DNA of 64,000 nucleotides from Octopus vulgaris (lineage: Eukaryota), in NCBI GenBank assembly GCA_951406725.2, contig OX597821.1, positions 14,880,001 to 14,944,000 on the forward strand. Reading direction: 5' to 3'. Positions 39,246 to 53,854 of the stretch are shown piece after piece; within the stretch, counting starts at the first letter, position 1, and each line of letters opens with the position of its first letter. The position numbers and the translations under genes are program-made. The notes below the pieces were generated by a model. It was not told where the DNA came from. It was given only the letters and a program-made list of their open reading frames with translations, and ran no database searches.

Positions 39246-40424
39246 TAGAGGGTGTTCGAGTTAAATTTGATTATTCCCATGTCCCCACTTTTCAGTAACA
39301 GCTTCCTGTTTTGGTGAACAGTCAACGGCGTTGGAGAGCATAAACATTAAAGTTGCAATTGAGAAAAAACTGACGCAAATGAATAAAATCTATCTGAATA
39401 GTGGAAAAAAATTACCTGTATCATGCTGATTCGCGCTGGTCGTCAAAATGCTGACATGATGACAGCTGCTCAATGATATGTGAACCTAGTACAGGCTGTA
39501 TGACGTGATAATTATTTCTTTATTGCCCACAGGGTGCTAAACATAGAAGGGACAAACAAGGACAGACAAACGGATTAAGTCGGTTACATCGACCCCAGTG
39601 CGCAACTGGTACTTATTTAATCTACCACGAAAAGGATGAAAGGCGAAGTCAACCTCGGCAGAATTTGAACACAGAACGTAGCGGCTGATGAAATACCTAT
39701 TTCTTTACTACCCACAAGGGGCTAAACATAGAGGGGACGAACAAGGACAGACGAACGGATTAAGTCGATTACATCGACCCCAGTGCGTAACTGGTACTTA
39801 ATTTATCGACCCCGAAAGGATGAAAGGCGAAGTCAACCTCGGTAGAATTTGAACTGAGAATGTAGCGGCTGATGAAATACCGCTAAGCATTTCGCCCGGC
39901 GCGCTAACGTTTCTGCCAGCTCGCCGCCTTGTATGACGTGATATTGATAAGCACTACTGTGACTACGAAGGAAGGAACACAAAAGGCATTTTGACCCTGT
40001 TTGCACGCCGCAATTCATACTTACATCTTTGAAGAGTGTCTCAGGTTCAATTCAGACGGTTATGTGAAGCTGCTGAAAATTGCGATCAGTCCCTGGCCGG
40101 AGAGGTTTGCTGCTAGAAGGCCATAGGTCTGGCAACAGGGTTCGGTTCCTTGAGATACACCCGGAAAGAACCAGAAGTGGATATCGGAGAAATTCAATAA
40201 CTTCACCAGATCTATTGTCTGACCTAATTTCGTCGATCGTAGCCTCAAGGCGCCATCAAGAAAGACGCCATCAAGCCTGCCTTGTGGCCAAGACCATAGA
40301 GGTATTTGAAGATCTTCCCAAACGCATGTGCGAGGTTCTAGAGCCGTCACAATCTAGTTGATATTTTTTGATTCTTCAAATATTTTCGGATACAAACTAT
40401 CGAATTTTGCCCAAACACTCTGTA
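39246..40424 (+). mobile_element. Decayed Tc1/mariner-type DNA transposon hosting a SINE C dimer
   Basis: Imperfect TIRs 'tagagggtgttcgagttaaatttgat' and 'atcgaattttgcccaaacactctgta'; C-terminal relic LVAKTIEVFEDLPK..ACARF*SR. Confidence 0.65.
39512..39930 (-). mobile_element. SINE family C dimer
   Basis: Same internal junction as 37252-37667; 14-bp TSD tgtatgacgtgata (39497-39510, 39930-39943). Confidence 0.93.
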
Positions 40425-40761
40425 TGTATATTTGCATACATACATACATACATATAAACAAAAATACCCTGATGATGACGTTGGAATTCCAATGAAGGAG
40501 CCTTGGATCTAGGTTAGAAACCGGTTCTTTCTCTGTTGGCAAGAAATCTTGAAATAAACTGAATAATGACATACATACATACAGAGAGATACATATGTAT
40601 TTATATATACGCATGTGTGTGGGTATAGATTGTTGGGCGAAGGTAAGCTAGCCGAAACGTCTAAGTCACTGCCATTCGTTTGCTTGTAAAAGCTTAATAA
40701 ACATACTCCACTAAAAGTATTGGGCGCTTCTTCAGTTCAACGTTAAATTATTTTATACATA

Positions 40762-41163
40762 GGCGCAGGAGTGGCTGTGTGGTAAGTAGCTTGCTAACCA
40801 ACCACATGGTTCCGGGTTCAGTCCCACTGCATGGCATCTTGGGCAAGTGTCTTCTGCTATAGCCCCGGGCCGACCAATGCCTTGTGAGTGGATTTAGTAG
40901 ACGGAAACTGAAAGAAGCCCGTCGTACATATGTATATATATATGTATGTGTGTGTTTGTGTGTCTGTGTTTGTCCCCTAGCATTGCTTGACAACCGATGC
41001 TGGTGTGTTTACGTCCCCGTCACCTAGCAGTTCAGCAAAAGAGACCGATAAAATAAGTACTGGGCTTACAAAGAATAAGTCCCGGGGTCGATTTGCTCGA
41101 CTAAAGGCGTTGCTCCAGCATGGCCGCAGTCAAATGACTGAAACAAGTAAAAGAGTAAAAGAG
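40762..41163 (+). mobile_element. SINE family A
   Basis: High identity to 12218-12627. Confidence 0.95.
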
Positions 41164-41188
41164 TATAGTAACATAAACACAGCAACAT

Positions 41189-41247
<59 letters not shown>

Positions 41248-41495
41248 AACACTCACACGCGCGCGCACACATAAGCACACACTTATGTGTTTACGTGCAA
41301 AAGTATAATTGTGAGCGGGCATTTTCCCACACATCATGCATGCATGTAAGCAGCATGTAAGTCATACAATTATGGTCTGATATGGCTTGATGGATTCATG
41401 TAAACTTTATATAAATACATGCGCATACCGTCAATTATGCTGGACAATGCCAACGAGAACGTGCATATGAGGATCCTTGATATGTCATAAATGGA

Positions 41496-41879
41496 TGGAA
41501 GCACTCCGTCGGTTACGACGACGAGGGTTCCGGTTGATCCGATCAACGGAACAGCCTGCTCGTGAAATTAACGTGTAAGTGGCTGAGCACTCCACAGACA
41601 CGCGCACCCTTAACGTAGTTCTCGGGGATATTCAGCGTGACACAGAGAGTGACAAGGCCGGCCCTTTGAAATACAGGTACAACAGAAACAGGAAGTAAAA
41701 GTGAGAGAAAGTTGTGGTGAAAGAGTACAGCAGGGATCACCACCATCCCCTGCCGGAGCCTCGTGGAGCTTTAGGTGTTTTCGCTCAATAAACACTCACA
41801 ACACCCGGTCTGGGAATCGAAACCGCGATCCTACGACCGCGAGTCCGCTGCCCTAACGACTGGGCCATTGCGCCTCCAC
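41496..41879 (-). mobile_element. SINE head B + tail 1
   Basis: Near-identical to 10396-10778. Confidence 0.95.
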
Positions 41880-42111
41880 TGTGATAAATAATAGCTATAT
41901 CTTGCCGAAGATCATATTCGATATTATCGTTCTAGATTCCCTCTAAAGTTCCGTGACATCATGAATAGCTGCTATGCTTATCGACAGAGAGACAGCTCAG
42001 TCGGGTTTGATTGATAGGGATGTACAAAAATGTATCATAGATAACATACGCACGTGCAAGTACTTAAGCTCAACACACAAACTCACACTAGCACACGTTA
42101 CTCTCTCTCTT

Positions 42112-42162
<51 letters not shown>

Positions 42163-42424
42163 GCTATATAACAAGGCCAATATTCTTGTAGAAAGCACTT
42201 CGAGTACGTATTTATTTCTTCATCCATACCAAATGTAACAAATCAGAATTTTAGTCGGACAAAGGCTATAATAGAAGACACTTGCTCAAGTTGCAACGTG
42301 GTAGGACTGAACCCGGAACCATGTGGGTGGGAAGCAAGCTTCTTACCACACAACCACTTCCCCCCGTGTTTATGTATAGACATACATACATACATACATA
42401 CATATATACACACACATATATATA

Positions 42425-42559
42425 TATTTCTTTACTACCCACAAGGGGCTAAACACAGAGAGGACAAACAAGGACAGACAAACGGATTAAGTCGATTACA
42501 TCGACCCCAGTGCGTAACTGGTACATAATTTATCGACCCCGAAAGGATGAAAGGCAAAG
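42425..42559 (-). mobile_element. 5'-truncated SINE C (next to a SINE A head fragment at 42255-42358)
   Basis: Matches 25591-25727. Confidence 0.9.
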
Positions 42560-42702
42560 CATATATATATATATATATATATATATTTGTATATACATAA
42601 TTAATATATATATATATATATATAAAAATATATAAATATATACATACACACACACGCACGAATAATGTGGAGAGCTAGACACACTATAAAGCGTATAGGC
42701 AA

Positions 42703-42806
42703 AATTTAGTCGTCACTAGGTGTGACTGTATGTACTACAGGTACATATGTTTCTCGCAATAAATGTGCTTGTAGCGCGTGCAGTTACAATTAGTGACGAC
42801 CAAATT
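42703..42806 (+). other. 44-bp imperfect hairpin rich in G-U pairs
   Basis: 42703-42746 pairs with 42763-42806. Confidence 0.85.
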
Positions 42807-43029
42807 GTGTGTGCGTATATATATACACGTTTATTTATTTATATTTAAACCCAAGCATGTACGTACGCGTGTGTGTGTGTGTGTGCGTGCGTTCGTGGAT
42901 GTGTGTAAGTGCGTGCATGTATTAATGCTTGTATTTATGAATAGTTATATATAAAACAGTGAAACATAAAAATTGAGACGTATTCATTGATACATCTCAG
43001 GATATATTAAATTGTTCCAAGGAAAAGGT

Positions 43030-43340
43030 TGATAGTCATTTCCCATTCATCGAGTTGTTACCAACCTTCTTTTTCCGCTCTCCTGTCTTTGAAAACCTGT
43101 CCACGCTGTCTAAGACTTCCGGCCTTTCAGCATGTTTACTTCGTGAAAACCAGTCGCGTTTTTTTTCCCTCCGTCCGCCCGCCTCGGGATCTTTCTTTCT
43201 CTTATGCTTCCGACGAAGAGCTCCGCTCGAAACGTCATACCCTCCTTCTTCCCTTTTTCCTGAGCGCCTAATAATAATACTTTAATTGTTCCACCTCCTT
43301 GTGTTGTTGTTTTTTCTGTTTTCTCGTTTGGATTAACCTT
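43030..43340 (+). mobile_element. Penelope-like 3' terminus with hammerhead-like motif at 43210-43236
   Basis: CCGACGAA-GAGC-tcc-GCTC-GAAACGTC followed by 'tcctgagcg...taata' as in 27750-27770; ends in (TA)n. Confidence 0.7.
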
Positions 43341-43358
43341 ATATATATATATATATAT

Positions 43359-43464
43359 AGTACTTAATCTATCGGTCTCTTTTGCCGAACCGCTAAGTTA
43401 CGGAGACGCAAACACACCAGCATCGGTTGTCAAGCGATGTTGGGGGAGAAAACACAGACGCACA

Positions 43465-43527
<63 letters not shown>

Positions 43528-43698
43528 CATATATATACGACGGGCTTCTTTTAGTTTCTGTCTACCAAATCCACTCACAAAGATTTGGTCGGCCCGAGGT
43601 GGTAGTAGAAGACACTTGCCCAAGCTGCCACGCAGTGGGACTGAACCCGGAACCAGGTGGTTCGTAAGCAAGCTACTTACCACAGAGCCACTCCTACA
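43359..43698 (-). mobile_element. SINE family A, tail missing
   Basis: Reverse match to 12218-12520. Confidence 0.92.
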
Positions 43699-44094
43699 CT
43701 TTCAACACTTTCTCCTCTTAGATTCACACACTTATTGCAGCAGTCCTTCAGTTTTTCTAAACCCTGTAAAATAACTCGGAAGGTTGGGCCTCCAACCAGG
43801 CTTTTCGCGACACCCTTCAAGCCAGGAACTTTTCAACACCACTTCGTATAACGCCATTGTCATAATTTATATGGACTGTAACATTCCGAGCAACTTACAC
43901 GAAACCTCATCGGAACTTATTGGGTGTAGATAATTTATTTCTACATCCCTTTCTAGCTAGTGCGCTTTCTGTTGATCCGGTCTTCTTCAAGCCCGTGATT
44001 AATCATTATGAGGTTTGTGGTTATGCTTAGGCTAATCCTTCGTTCAATAAACAAAGCAGGATTTAATCCTGCCTCTCCCATCTCTGGGTTTCTG

Positions 44095-44403
44095 TCGCCT
44101 GACAAATGAGAGAGTTTAAATATTTTAAAAATATTACAGTTTTATTAAGTAGAAGGACAATGTAATTGAAATTTTGAATAAAATATTAAATGACAACTGA
44201 TATATTAATTATTAAATGGACAACTTTTTATGAACAATTAATCCACCTACAATTTTTGCAAATAAATAATTATAATAAATTGTCCATTTCAAAATTAAAA
44301 TAATTCAGCAGATGGCTTTCTAATATTTTATTCAAAATTTCAATTACTTGGTGCTTCTGGGTAATAATTCTTTAATATTTTAAAGCATGCTTTCGTCAGG
44401 TGA
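44095..44403. repeat. AT-rich diverged fold-back (MITE-like)
   Basis: 'gtaattgaaattttgaataaaatatta' (44162) is inverted at 44321-44347; 'aaatggacaa'/'ttgtccattt' are inner arms. Confidence 0.75.
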
Positions 44404-45235
44404 TTAAGAATGACAGAGTTGAGTGGAAGAACTAATTATGAATGCAAAAAAAAAAAGAAAAAGAAAAAAACAAAGAAAAGGAAAATAAATGAGATTTAAA
44501 CTTGAATTCGTATATGAAGGAAGGGTTCAAATAATCATAGCGGTACTCGACACGATAGCTGACCGCCTCTTTAAGTGGTGTTTGACTCCACAATTGGTGT
44601 ATCTTTCACAGACCAGATGAACAAACGTATTTTATCTGTCACGTATAACATTACGGTAAGGTTTCAAGTGAGTCTCGAAAGATAAAATTTATATTATGAC
44701 AATAGCGTTTTATGCTGAAATATCATTTTAAGGATTGGATTCTTGGTTTTTAATAAATTGTTCATTAAACAAAGACAAAAACAAAAAACCCCAAAAAACC
44801 AACACAATTTGTTCGATAAATGTATATACATATCAATTCAAACAGAAAACCGTTTTTAGGAATATTGAATATCAGTGGTCTAGAAAGAGGCCATTGACGA
44901 ATTTACTTTAAACGGCCTTCGATAAATCCAGAATGAGTATTCTGTCTCATGTATCTCACTCACTGGCCTAAGATATTCTTTGAAATGTTTAATCTGTATT
45001 AAATAGCAATCTCCCTAGAACGTTCACCTTAAAAAAAAAGAAAAGTTAAAATATTCAACTGAAAGTTTACATCAATTTATAGTCCAGTAAAATGATAATA
45101 GTTTTACGAGTCTGATAACGATACAAAAGACAGATTGTGTTTTACTTCGTTGTCTGTTGTGGATGAAAAACAAACAACTTACTCCCCATGAAAATACATA
45201 AAAATAATATAACATAATATAATATAATAAATTTA

Positions 45236-45295
<60 letters not shown>

Positions 45296-45916
45296 AGTAA
45301 AGCTAATCTATTGCTTGTTAAGCTTCTCAGCCAAAATGAAATCTATTTTTCTGTGTTGGTAATAGAATTAAGTGTCTTGCTATAAAGCGCAAGACGTTCA
45401 GTAACTTTGTATTCCACTTGCTCTGCATATTTTGCGATCTTATCTTATCTTATTGGTCATCGTACTTCTAAGAACATAGTAATGCCTCAGCTGATCATTC
45501 TGTATGTTATACTACTTATTTTTAGATTAGAACGTTCTTGTATTGGTAGAAAGCTAAGGAACCAACTTGCCAAAAGATTTATCAACTATGAGAGAATCGA
45601 GAGATGTATTGAATATCTTTATTTGTATATAATTAAATTAAAACTTCGACTAAATTTGTTTATCTGCAAGAAACTAACGGAAATTAATTGAGAGGATGGC
45701 ATGATTTAAATGCCAAAGTAAAAGCATTAGGGAAATTAAATTCCTTCCTATTCGCAGCCAGAGAAAATTTTGTGAAATAAATTTAGCAAAGAAAATGAAA
45801 ATTATGCGTAAAATAACTAAAAAGGAAATGAAAGCAAAATTCACTCCAGAAAGAGGAGATGCAGATGCACCCACACACGCGCATGCCTGCACATGCACAA
45901 ACACACAAACACACAA

Positions 45917-45978
<62 letters not shown>

Positions 45979-47743
45979 CTATATACACAAACATACACAA
46001 ATATACAAAGGATGCACATAAATGAGTCTGAGTGTGTGAGAGCGTGTGTAAGTGTGTTTGTGTGTGTGTTGGGTGTGTGTGCATGTGTAAATCACTACTA
46101 GTTGTAAACACATTGTTCTCAGCATTTACTTCGGAATAGTAAAACAGGTTGAACGTTGAATGTGTAAGTTAGTCTTCTGCCAAATCCTGTCTACATGTCG
46201 ATTCTTGCCGACTCCTGTCTACACATCGTGTCAGCAACACTCTTTCCTCTATGGAAAAAGTACTCACCTTACCCACGTTATGTATGTAAACTGTTGAAAG
46301 TAAAATGATAAGATACAAATATACAAATTACCTTGACTTAAGGTGTAATTTAGCACCTCGGCGTTAGTGACAATTCTTAAATACATTTATCATAGGAATA
46401 TGTCATGGTTTAATACGAAATTCCTGCTTGTATAATCATATGATGTTTAACTAAAGTGTAACAGTTATTGTATTGTTGAGATTGCTAGTTTTAGCATTCT
46501 AAATGTTTTCTCAGTGGTAGTATAATCAACTAATCAATCAAAACAGGTCAAGATAATATTTTTGAGAAACGATACCAAATTTCTCATAGTAAAACTCCAC
46601 TTTCGCGCTTTCACAGTCAAGCGATTTGACCGGAAAGAGACTTGTCATTATTATTACACAAAGTTATAAACCATGTTAATATTCGAGTATTTGATTTTCA
46701 GTGTTATTTATAGATGGAACTAGAGGCCGCAAAACATATAATAAATATATTTATTACAATTTGAGTTACCTCTTTTCTTTTCTACTTTCAGCTCAGAGCT
46801 GCGGTCATGCTGATTCACCGCCGTTTATGTTGATCCCATATACAATTTGTTTGGTGTCGTTCTGAATCTCTTCTGAACCTTCTTCGATAAAGAGAAGTCA
46901 TGTTTCCTAACATCTTACAACAAAATTTCACTAAGAATCACTTCAAAGGAAACAACGTTTGAACCACTCGAAAGCTCATGGCCAATAACGTTTTTGGTGA
47001 ATTTTTAACATAATAGGATATAATGTGACTGCTCAATAACAAAACGTTTCTGAATTTAAATAAAAGACCAGATAAACTTTATATCTGCAACGAATTTTTA
47101 AAATCCTCCTACTCTATAAAGATATTGACCCATCGGTGAATAATATCTGACATCTAAGTCAGTTCTTCTGTAAATGCGAGTCTATGAAAAAATAATAATA
47201 AATAAATAAAACAGGCCATAATTCACCAAAGAGGAACTAAATTTTCAGTCTTTTCCTATAACATACTTTTACTTAATATCATCTTTAAATTTCACCACTG
47301 AATACTTTCAAGGTAATTAGTATAAGTGATTAGAGTAAACTGTAAATGTAAGTCAAAACATCATAAAAAGCTTCATTACCGCCGAATGTCTACAATCTTC
47401 TCTTCTCACAGAAAATTATATTATACAAATTTTAAAGAAATTATCAGAAACCGTATTTTCAGATTACATTTCAAATTAAAAAGCAATTTTGTCTTTTTGT
47501 TTTATATAGAGAAAAAATAAACATTTCCATTATGAAGTATGGCTTCTTGAATTCAAATAGTATAAGTATTACCGTTCTTTTATTAAGAAAAGTGTAGATA
47601 AGATCCATCTGTATATACACTCACGGAACTTATAGCACGATTATATCAGTTTCTCCTTATATAAAAACTTAATAATGTGCGATGTGGTATAAAAGTTAAA
47701 ACATATGTATGAATCACAAAACACTACCCACCAACGTGTGTGT

Positions 47744-47774
<31 letters not shown>

Positions 47775-47782
47775 CCCACCAA

Positions 47783-47822
<40 letters not shown>

Positions 47823-47829
<7 letters not shown>

Positions 47830-48215
47830 CATAAATATAAGTGGGATGACCACTAAGTGGACATCCATTATGCTAGAAGTAGATCCGCTATAGTCTTACC
47901 ACTAAGAAGAGATTGTTCTCAAGAATATTTAGCAAACGCCAGAACGTAAGCGAGCAAGACAAATAAAAATATATATTTTGTATCTTTTCATTTGCCTTGC
48001 TCGCTTACGTTCTGGCGTTTGCTAAACTTTCTTGAGAACAATCCTTTCTTAGTGGTAAGACCATAGGGGATCTACTTCTAGCATAATGGATGTCCACTAA
48101 GTGGTCATCCCTCTTATATGTATGTAATATAATTTTTCTGAATCTTCAGACTTTTCAATATGCTAGAGCACTGGTTATAAATTGATATTATTCAATTTTC
48201 ACCCTTATTTTAAAT
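47823..48215 (+). mobile_element. TA-flanked element with a ~145 bp-arm palindrome (47823-48131) and a unique 3' extension
   Basis: 47823-47968 is the reverse complement of ~47984-48131 with scattered mismatches. Confidence 0.9.
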
Positions 48216-48480
48216 ATATATATATAATTATTAATAGTAGGGAATATAAAATTCCAAGGCAACAGCGGAAAATAAACACAATTTAGTAATTCTAAATCAA
48301 ATTTCACGATATATAATATATATATAGAATTAAGAGACAGAACCTTCATAAAGTAATGCAATTAATAATGAAAGATATTATCTATAAAATATACATTTAA
48401 ATATGTTATTTATATTGTACTGTAAATTACTATACTAAATAACACTAAATTTTAACTGATTTTTTAAACTTGGTATTAGA

Positions 48481-48858
48481 AACGCAATCTTTCAGGATGA
48501 AAATGCACTTATTCACACAGTTAAAATTGTTACCGAATGGCACGAAGAACATTCTAGTGAAGTTGGACATCTTATTTAGCCACCACAATCCCCAGATCTC
48601 AATATTATTAAACATTTATGGTGCATTTTAGAAAAACAAGTAAGGAGTCGATATCCTCCACCATCATCACTATAAGAACTGGAGACTGTTTTAGCTGAAG
48701 AATAGACAAAAATTTCTTTGGAAATAATTCAAACTTTGTACGAGTTAATACTTCGTAGAATTCAAGTTGTAATTACGACCAAAGGCGGTCCTACCCCATA
48801 TTAAAATAAATTTGTTTGAAATTTGAAGGTGTTTGCATGATATAGTCCAACCCCTGTA
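48481..48858 (+). pseudogene. Tc1-like transposase C-terminal fragment with right TIR
   Basis: Translation NAIFQDENALIHT...*PPQSPDLNIIKHLW...RRIQVVITTKGGPTPY* with in-frame stops; ends '...caacccctg|TA'. Confidence 0.92.
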
Positions 48859-48901
48859 CATATGCATATATATATGTGGTTTGGTTTTTAATCTTGATTT
48901 G

Positions 48902-48950
<49 letters not shown>

Positions 48951-49245
48951 TGGGCTTCTTTCAGTTTCTGTTTACCAAATCCACTCAGAAGGCTTTGGTC
49001 GGCTCGGGTCTGTACTAGACGACACTTGCCCAAGTTGTCACGCAAAGAGGATCGAAGCTGGAAACATATGGCTGGGAAAAAAACTTCTACAAGTTTATAT
49101 TAAAGTTATGTAGATCGTAACTCAGAGTGGACTATGAAATCCTACGTGGAGCACTAAGCATAACAGTAACCGTACACACAATTTCTGCTCTCCCTCTCTC
49201 TTTCTATGTATGTGTGTGCGTGTATGTATATATATATATATATAT

Positions 49246-49320
<75 letters not shown>

Positions 49321-49434
49321 CGGACACAGACTGTGTGTCGTTAGCCAGCTGGAAAAGATGCTCCCCTGGGGCTAAAACAACAATAACATCGTCCTTTACA
49401 GGACTGCCAAGTTATGTTGGCATCTAAACATTAG

Positions 49435-49485
<51 letters not shown>

Positions 49486-49489
49486 GTAT

Positions 49490-49540
<51 letters not shown>

Positions 49541-50486
49541 CGTATACACATGCATCCACACATATATATGCGTGTTTCTCTATGTATGTCTGCGTATCCG
49601 GTTACCTGCATGCATGCTCGTATGCGTATTCATAAAGACATTAGTGTATAAGAAGGTTCGCTGTTATAAAACTCTGACAGAAGCGATCTAATTGCGCCGT
49701 GTTAGTGAAGTGACATAAATTCAAAAGAAATGTCAAGACATGAAACGTTAATTCTTATCTACTTTGTACTGAAATAAAAATTATTTGAGATGATTCAATG
49801 ATCAGTACTTTATTGGAAGTTCGATGTATTAGTCATTATCTTCTCATCTACGGAACTGCTATATTTTAAGTCACAAACATTTAAAATTAATGTTATAGGA
49901 TCCAAGCGATTTATCTTTACATGGTCGCTTGAGTTGCCAGAAATAACAGTCAACTCCCTTAGATCATACTACAAGCTGGTAATTTTACACAACCTCAATT
50001 AGGATATGTAGAGCCACAGATTTAGCTTGAATATGGGACCGGATGGCTGCACTTACAGTGATTTTCGTCATAGGCATTCATTCGTATCTCGGACTAGATA
50101 ACAAGTGTAACATTAAAGCGAGCAACAGCAACTTATATTTTTGAAATATATTAGCTATTATCTATATGGTTATTTAATATAAGCTTATAGAGACTGCAAC
50201 AACATATGTTAGAATTAAGAAATAATAAACGACAGCTAATCAGCAGAATATAACCAGTAGTCATGTATATGAAAACCTATTTAATAGGAATATGAACCAG
50301 CTAAAATATATTTGCGTCTGCTATATTATTTGATCAGGAATATTAGAGACGTGGTGCCTGTTAAGATCTTTCTGAAGTATGAAAGGACTAATTGAGAAGT
50401 ATACTAAATCACATATTTGTCAGTGTGATATAAGAGAAAACTGACAGGTTAACTTTTGTCTTTGTCGCAATCACGATAAATTAGAC

Positions 50487-50931
<445 letters not shown>

Positions 50932-50984
50932 ATATAAATATATATATAAATATATATTTATATATATATATATATATATATTTA

Positions 50985-51363
50985 TCTCTCTCTATATAAA
51001 CGGCAGTTTGTCTGTGTGTGTTTCTGTGTGTCTGTTTGGTTGTACCCTCACTCTGACCACGGCTTTCAACCGATTCTGATGAAACTTGCACACACATAGC
51101 CCAATGTCATAATTCAAAACTAACGCAGCGAAAATTTTGAAAAGTTCCCCCAGTTCTGAAAAAATCGATAAATTCGACATGGGGTCGAGAATCAGAAACA
51201 CAAACCACAGACTGTCTAGGGGACGCAACTCCACCTTTTTAACTCTCAAAAAATTTACCATCATTTTTTTCCCATTTTTTTGCTATATTTTGGCTATAAC
51301 TATCTAAAAATGCTTTATAGTTATTTCCTTACAAACCCGAGCAACGCCGGGCGATACTGCTAT
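50985..51363 (+). mobile_element. Non-autonomous Helitron, third body type
   Basis: A|TC start; last ~120 bp shared with 22628-23027, including the hairpin. Confidence 0.88.
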
Positions 51364-51556
51364 ATATATATATATATATATATAGGTTAATGAAACGCTC
51401 ACACACCTGTCTAATTACCATGTGTTTGTACATGGTCAGTAACATTAATTATACCGAATAGTATTTCTAACTAATTCAAATATTGCTGCTGACTAGCTAA
51501 TCTATCGCTAAGAGTGAACATGAAGACTAAGTGTCATTAATTCGTAAATTTAAAAG

Positions 51557-51617
<61 letters not shown>

Positions 51618-52216
51618 CGATCAGTAATGTTAGACTTTCGATATAGTCATTGATTGTAAGAGGTACTGCTATGGGCAATTTTTCATTGATGTAGTATATT
51701 GTTAAAATAATCTATTAGAATTTATCAGTAATAATAATATTGTCTGTGGCTACAGATGAAGAACGTTAGTAATAGCCTAAGGCAGATCAGAATATGAGCT
51801 TTATGCAACATTTTCAGTTGATATATGAGCTTTTGTTTTTAACTGTACTTGATGGACAGTCTTTATTGAATTTCTCTCCTCTTTTTATAAAACTTATAGC
51901 AGTCGTCGGCATACTTCCAATTTTGCCTTCGACATTTTTCTCTACACAACCGCATTCGAGTTTGATCGCCATCCTGTAATACTTTTCTTCTCCTTTTACT
52001 GAATGTCTTCTTTGTTTAGTCAAAAAAGTAGATGGAAGCGTGCGGGGAAAGACCAACGTCAGCAATTTTTTTTCTTATCTGATGTTGATGATGCCTTTTT
52101 CTGTACTGGCACCAATTCACATGGAATTGTTCGCTTTTCCATTAGAATAGAGACATATTGCCCAGAAAATAGCCACCAGTGATTAAATCTCTATTCAAAC
52201 AGACATACATATTATA

Positions 52217-52583
52217 GGAGCACTTCGTCGGTTGCGACGATGAGGGTCCCAGCTGATACGATCAACGGAACAGCTTGCTCGTGATATTAACGTGCAAGTG
52301 GCTGAGCACTCCACAGACACGTATACCCTTAACGTAGTTCTCGAGGAGATTCAGCGTGACACAGAATGTGACAAGGCTGGCCCTTTGAAATACAGGTGCA
52401 AGAGAAACAGGAAGAAAGAGCGAGAGAAAGTTGTGGTGAAAGAGTACAGCAGGGTTCACCACCATCCCTTGCCGGAGCCTCGTGGAGCTTTAGGTGTTTT
52501 CGCTCAATAAATACTCACAATGCCCGGTCTGGGAATCGAAACCGCGATCCGCTGCCCTAACCACTGGGTCATTGCGCCTCCAC
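52217..52583 (-). mobile_element. SINE head B + tail 1
   Basis: Aligns to 10396-10778; TSD 'acatacatattata'. Confidence 0.93.
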
Positions 52584-52838
52584 ATACATATTATACCCAG
52601 ATAAACGATACCAAATAATGTTATTCAGTATGTTTGAGAGGCAAAAGGCGTTGACATGACCTGTAATCTAAATAACTATATTATGATTATTTGTCAAACA
52701 TATCAACGTCTGCTTCCTTAAATCACCGTAATGAAATAGTTATGAATCATTAAAGGCAAATTACTTTCCCACCTTTCACATTCAGATTGATGAGTACATT
52801 TAACCTTGCGAACTTTTAGCAACTGCATTTCTTTGAAA

Positions 52839-53212
52839 TCTTTATATATAAAAGTGAAGTTGTGTGTCTGTCTACTCCGATTTAGATTCCTAACTACTCC
52901 CACATTTTGCGGTGCAGTTTAACCAAAACCGGGTATCTTATAGTCGTGATTCATATCGAGCCCTTCTGGGTATTAGCGCGCGTCTACGATGAGTCTACGA
53001 TTTTAAAAATAATTTACCATCATTTTTTCCATTTTAATGCATATTTTTTTAAAGGGAAGTAATTCTCTAAAAATGTCTACGATGAGTCAACGATTTAAAA
53101 AAAAATTACCATCATATTTTTTCCATTTTTAATGCATTTTTTGCTATTTTTTGGCTATAACTCTCTAAAAATGCTTTATACAAACCCGAGCAACGCCGGG
53201 CGATACTGCTTG
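52839..53212 (+). mobile_element. Non-autonomous Helitron, same family as 22628-23027
   Basis: End-to-end similarity; terminus CTTG instead of CTAG. Confidence 0.9.
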
Positions 53213-53294
53213 TCCTTTATAAACTTTTAATTATTCTTGTAAAAGATGCAGCGATACACAAGGAACTACCTAAACATCACTAGATATATATTAA

Positions 53295-53609
53295 AGTGGG
53301 ATAATACTGATCGAATGAAAAACACCGAACATCGAACCGTTGCTAAATCATCCATAGATTTTTATGGTGAATATATATACTCTGATAGGCGAGCTAGCCC
53401 GGAATCAACCGAATGAGCTGGCCTTACAGAAGATGGCAAGGGAAATTGCCGAAGCTGGCTGGTCAGTGTGAGGAGTTCTCGGTTCGGTGTTCGGGGCGAT
53501 TGCAGCCTCTGTAAGAATATATATTATGTGGTTTGTAACAACATTGGAGAATTGTAGCTCCTACTTCTAGCATTGTAGGTGTTATTCACACCAAGTATAG
53601 TTGAATACG

Positions 53610-53612
<3 letters not shown>
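53295..53612 (+). mobile_element. Short element with a decayed hammerhead (53422-53473) and TTCTAGCA-hairpin end, running into (TA)n
   Basis: CCTTACA-gaagat-GGCAA-gggaaa-TTGCC-GAAG-ctggctgg-TC-ag-TGTGAGG; 'ctacttctagcat' at ~53561; short inversion 53324-53339 vs 53480-53494. Confidence 0.6.
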
Positions 53613-53658
<46 letters not shown>

Positions 53659-53771
53659 ATATATAGATATATATGTATATATGTATGTATATATTTATAT
53701 GTATATATATATATGTATGTATATATTTATATATATATATATATGTATGTATATATATATCTATATATATT

Positions 53772-53854
<83 letters not shown>

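Noticed and set aside
51900-52170. Possible pogo/Tigger N-terminal relic on the minus strand
   Set aside because: Resemblance too weak without an HMM search.
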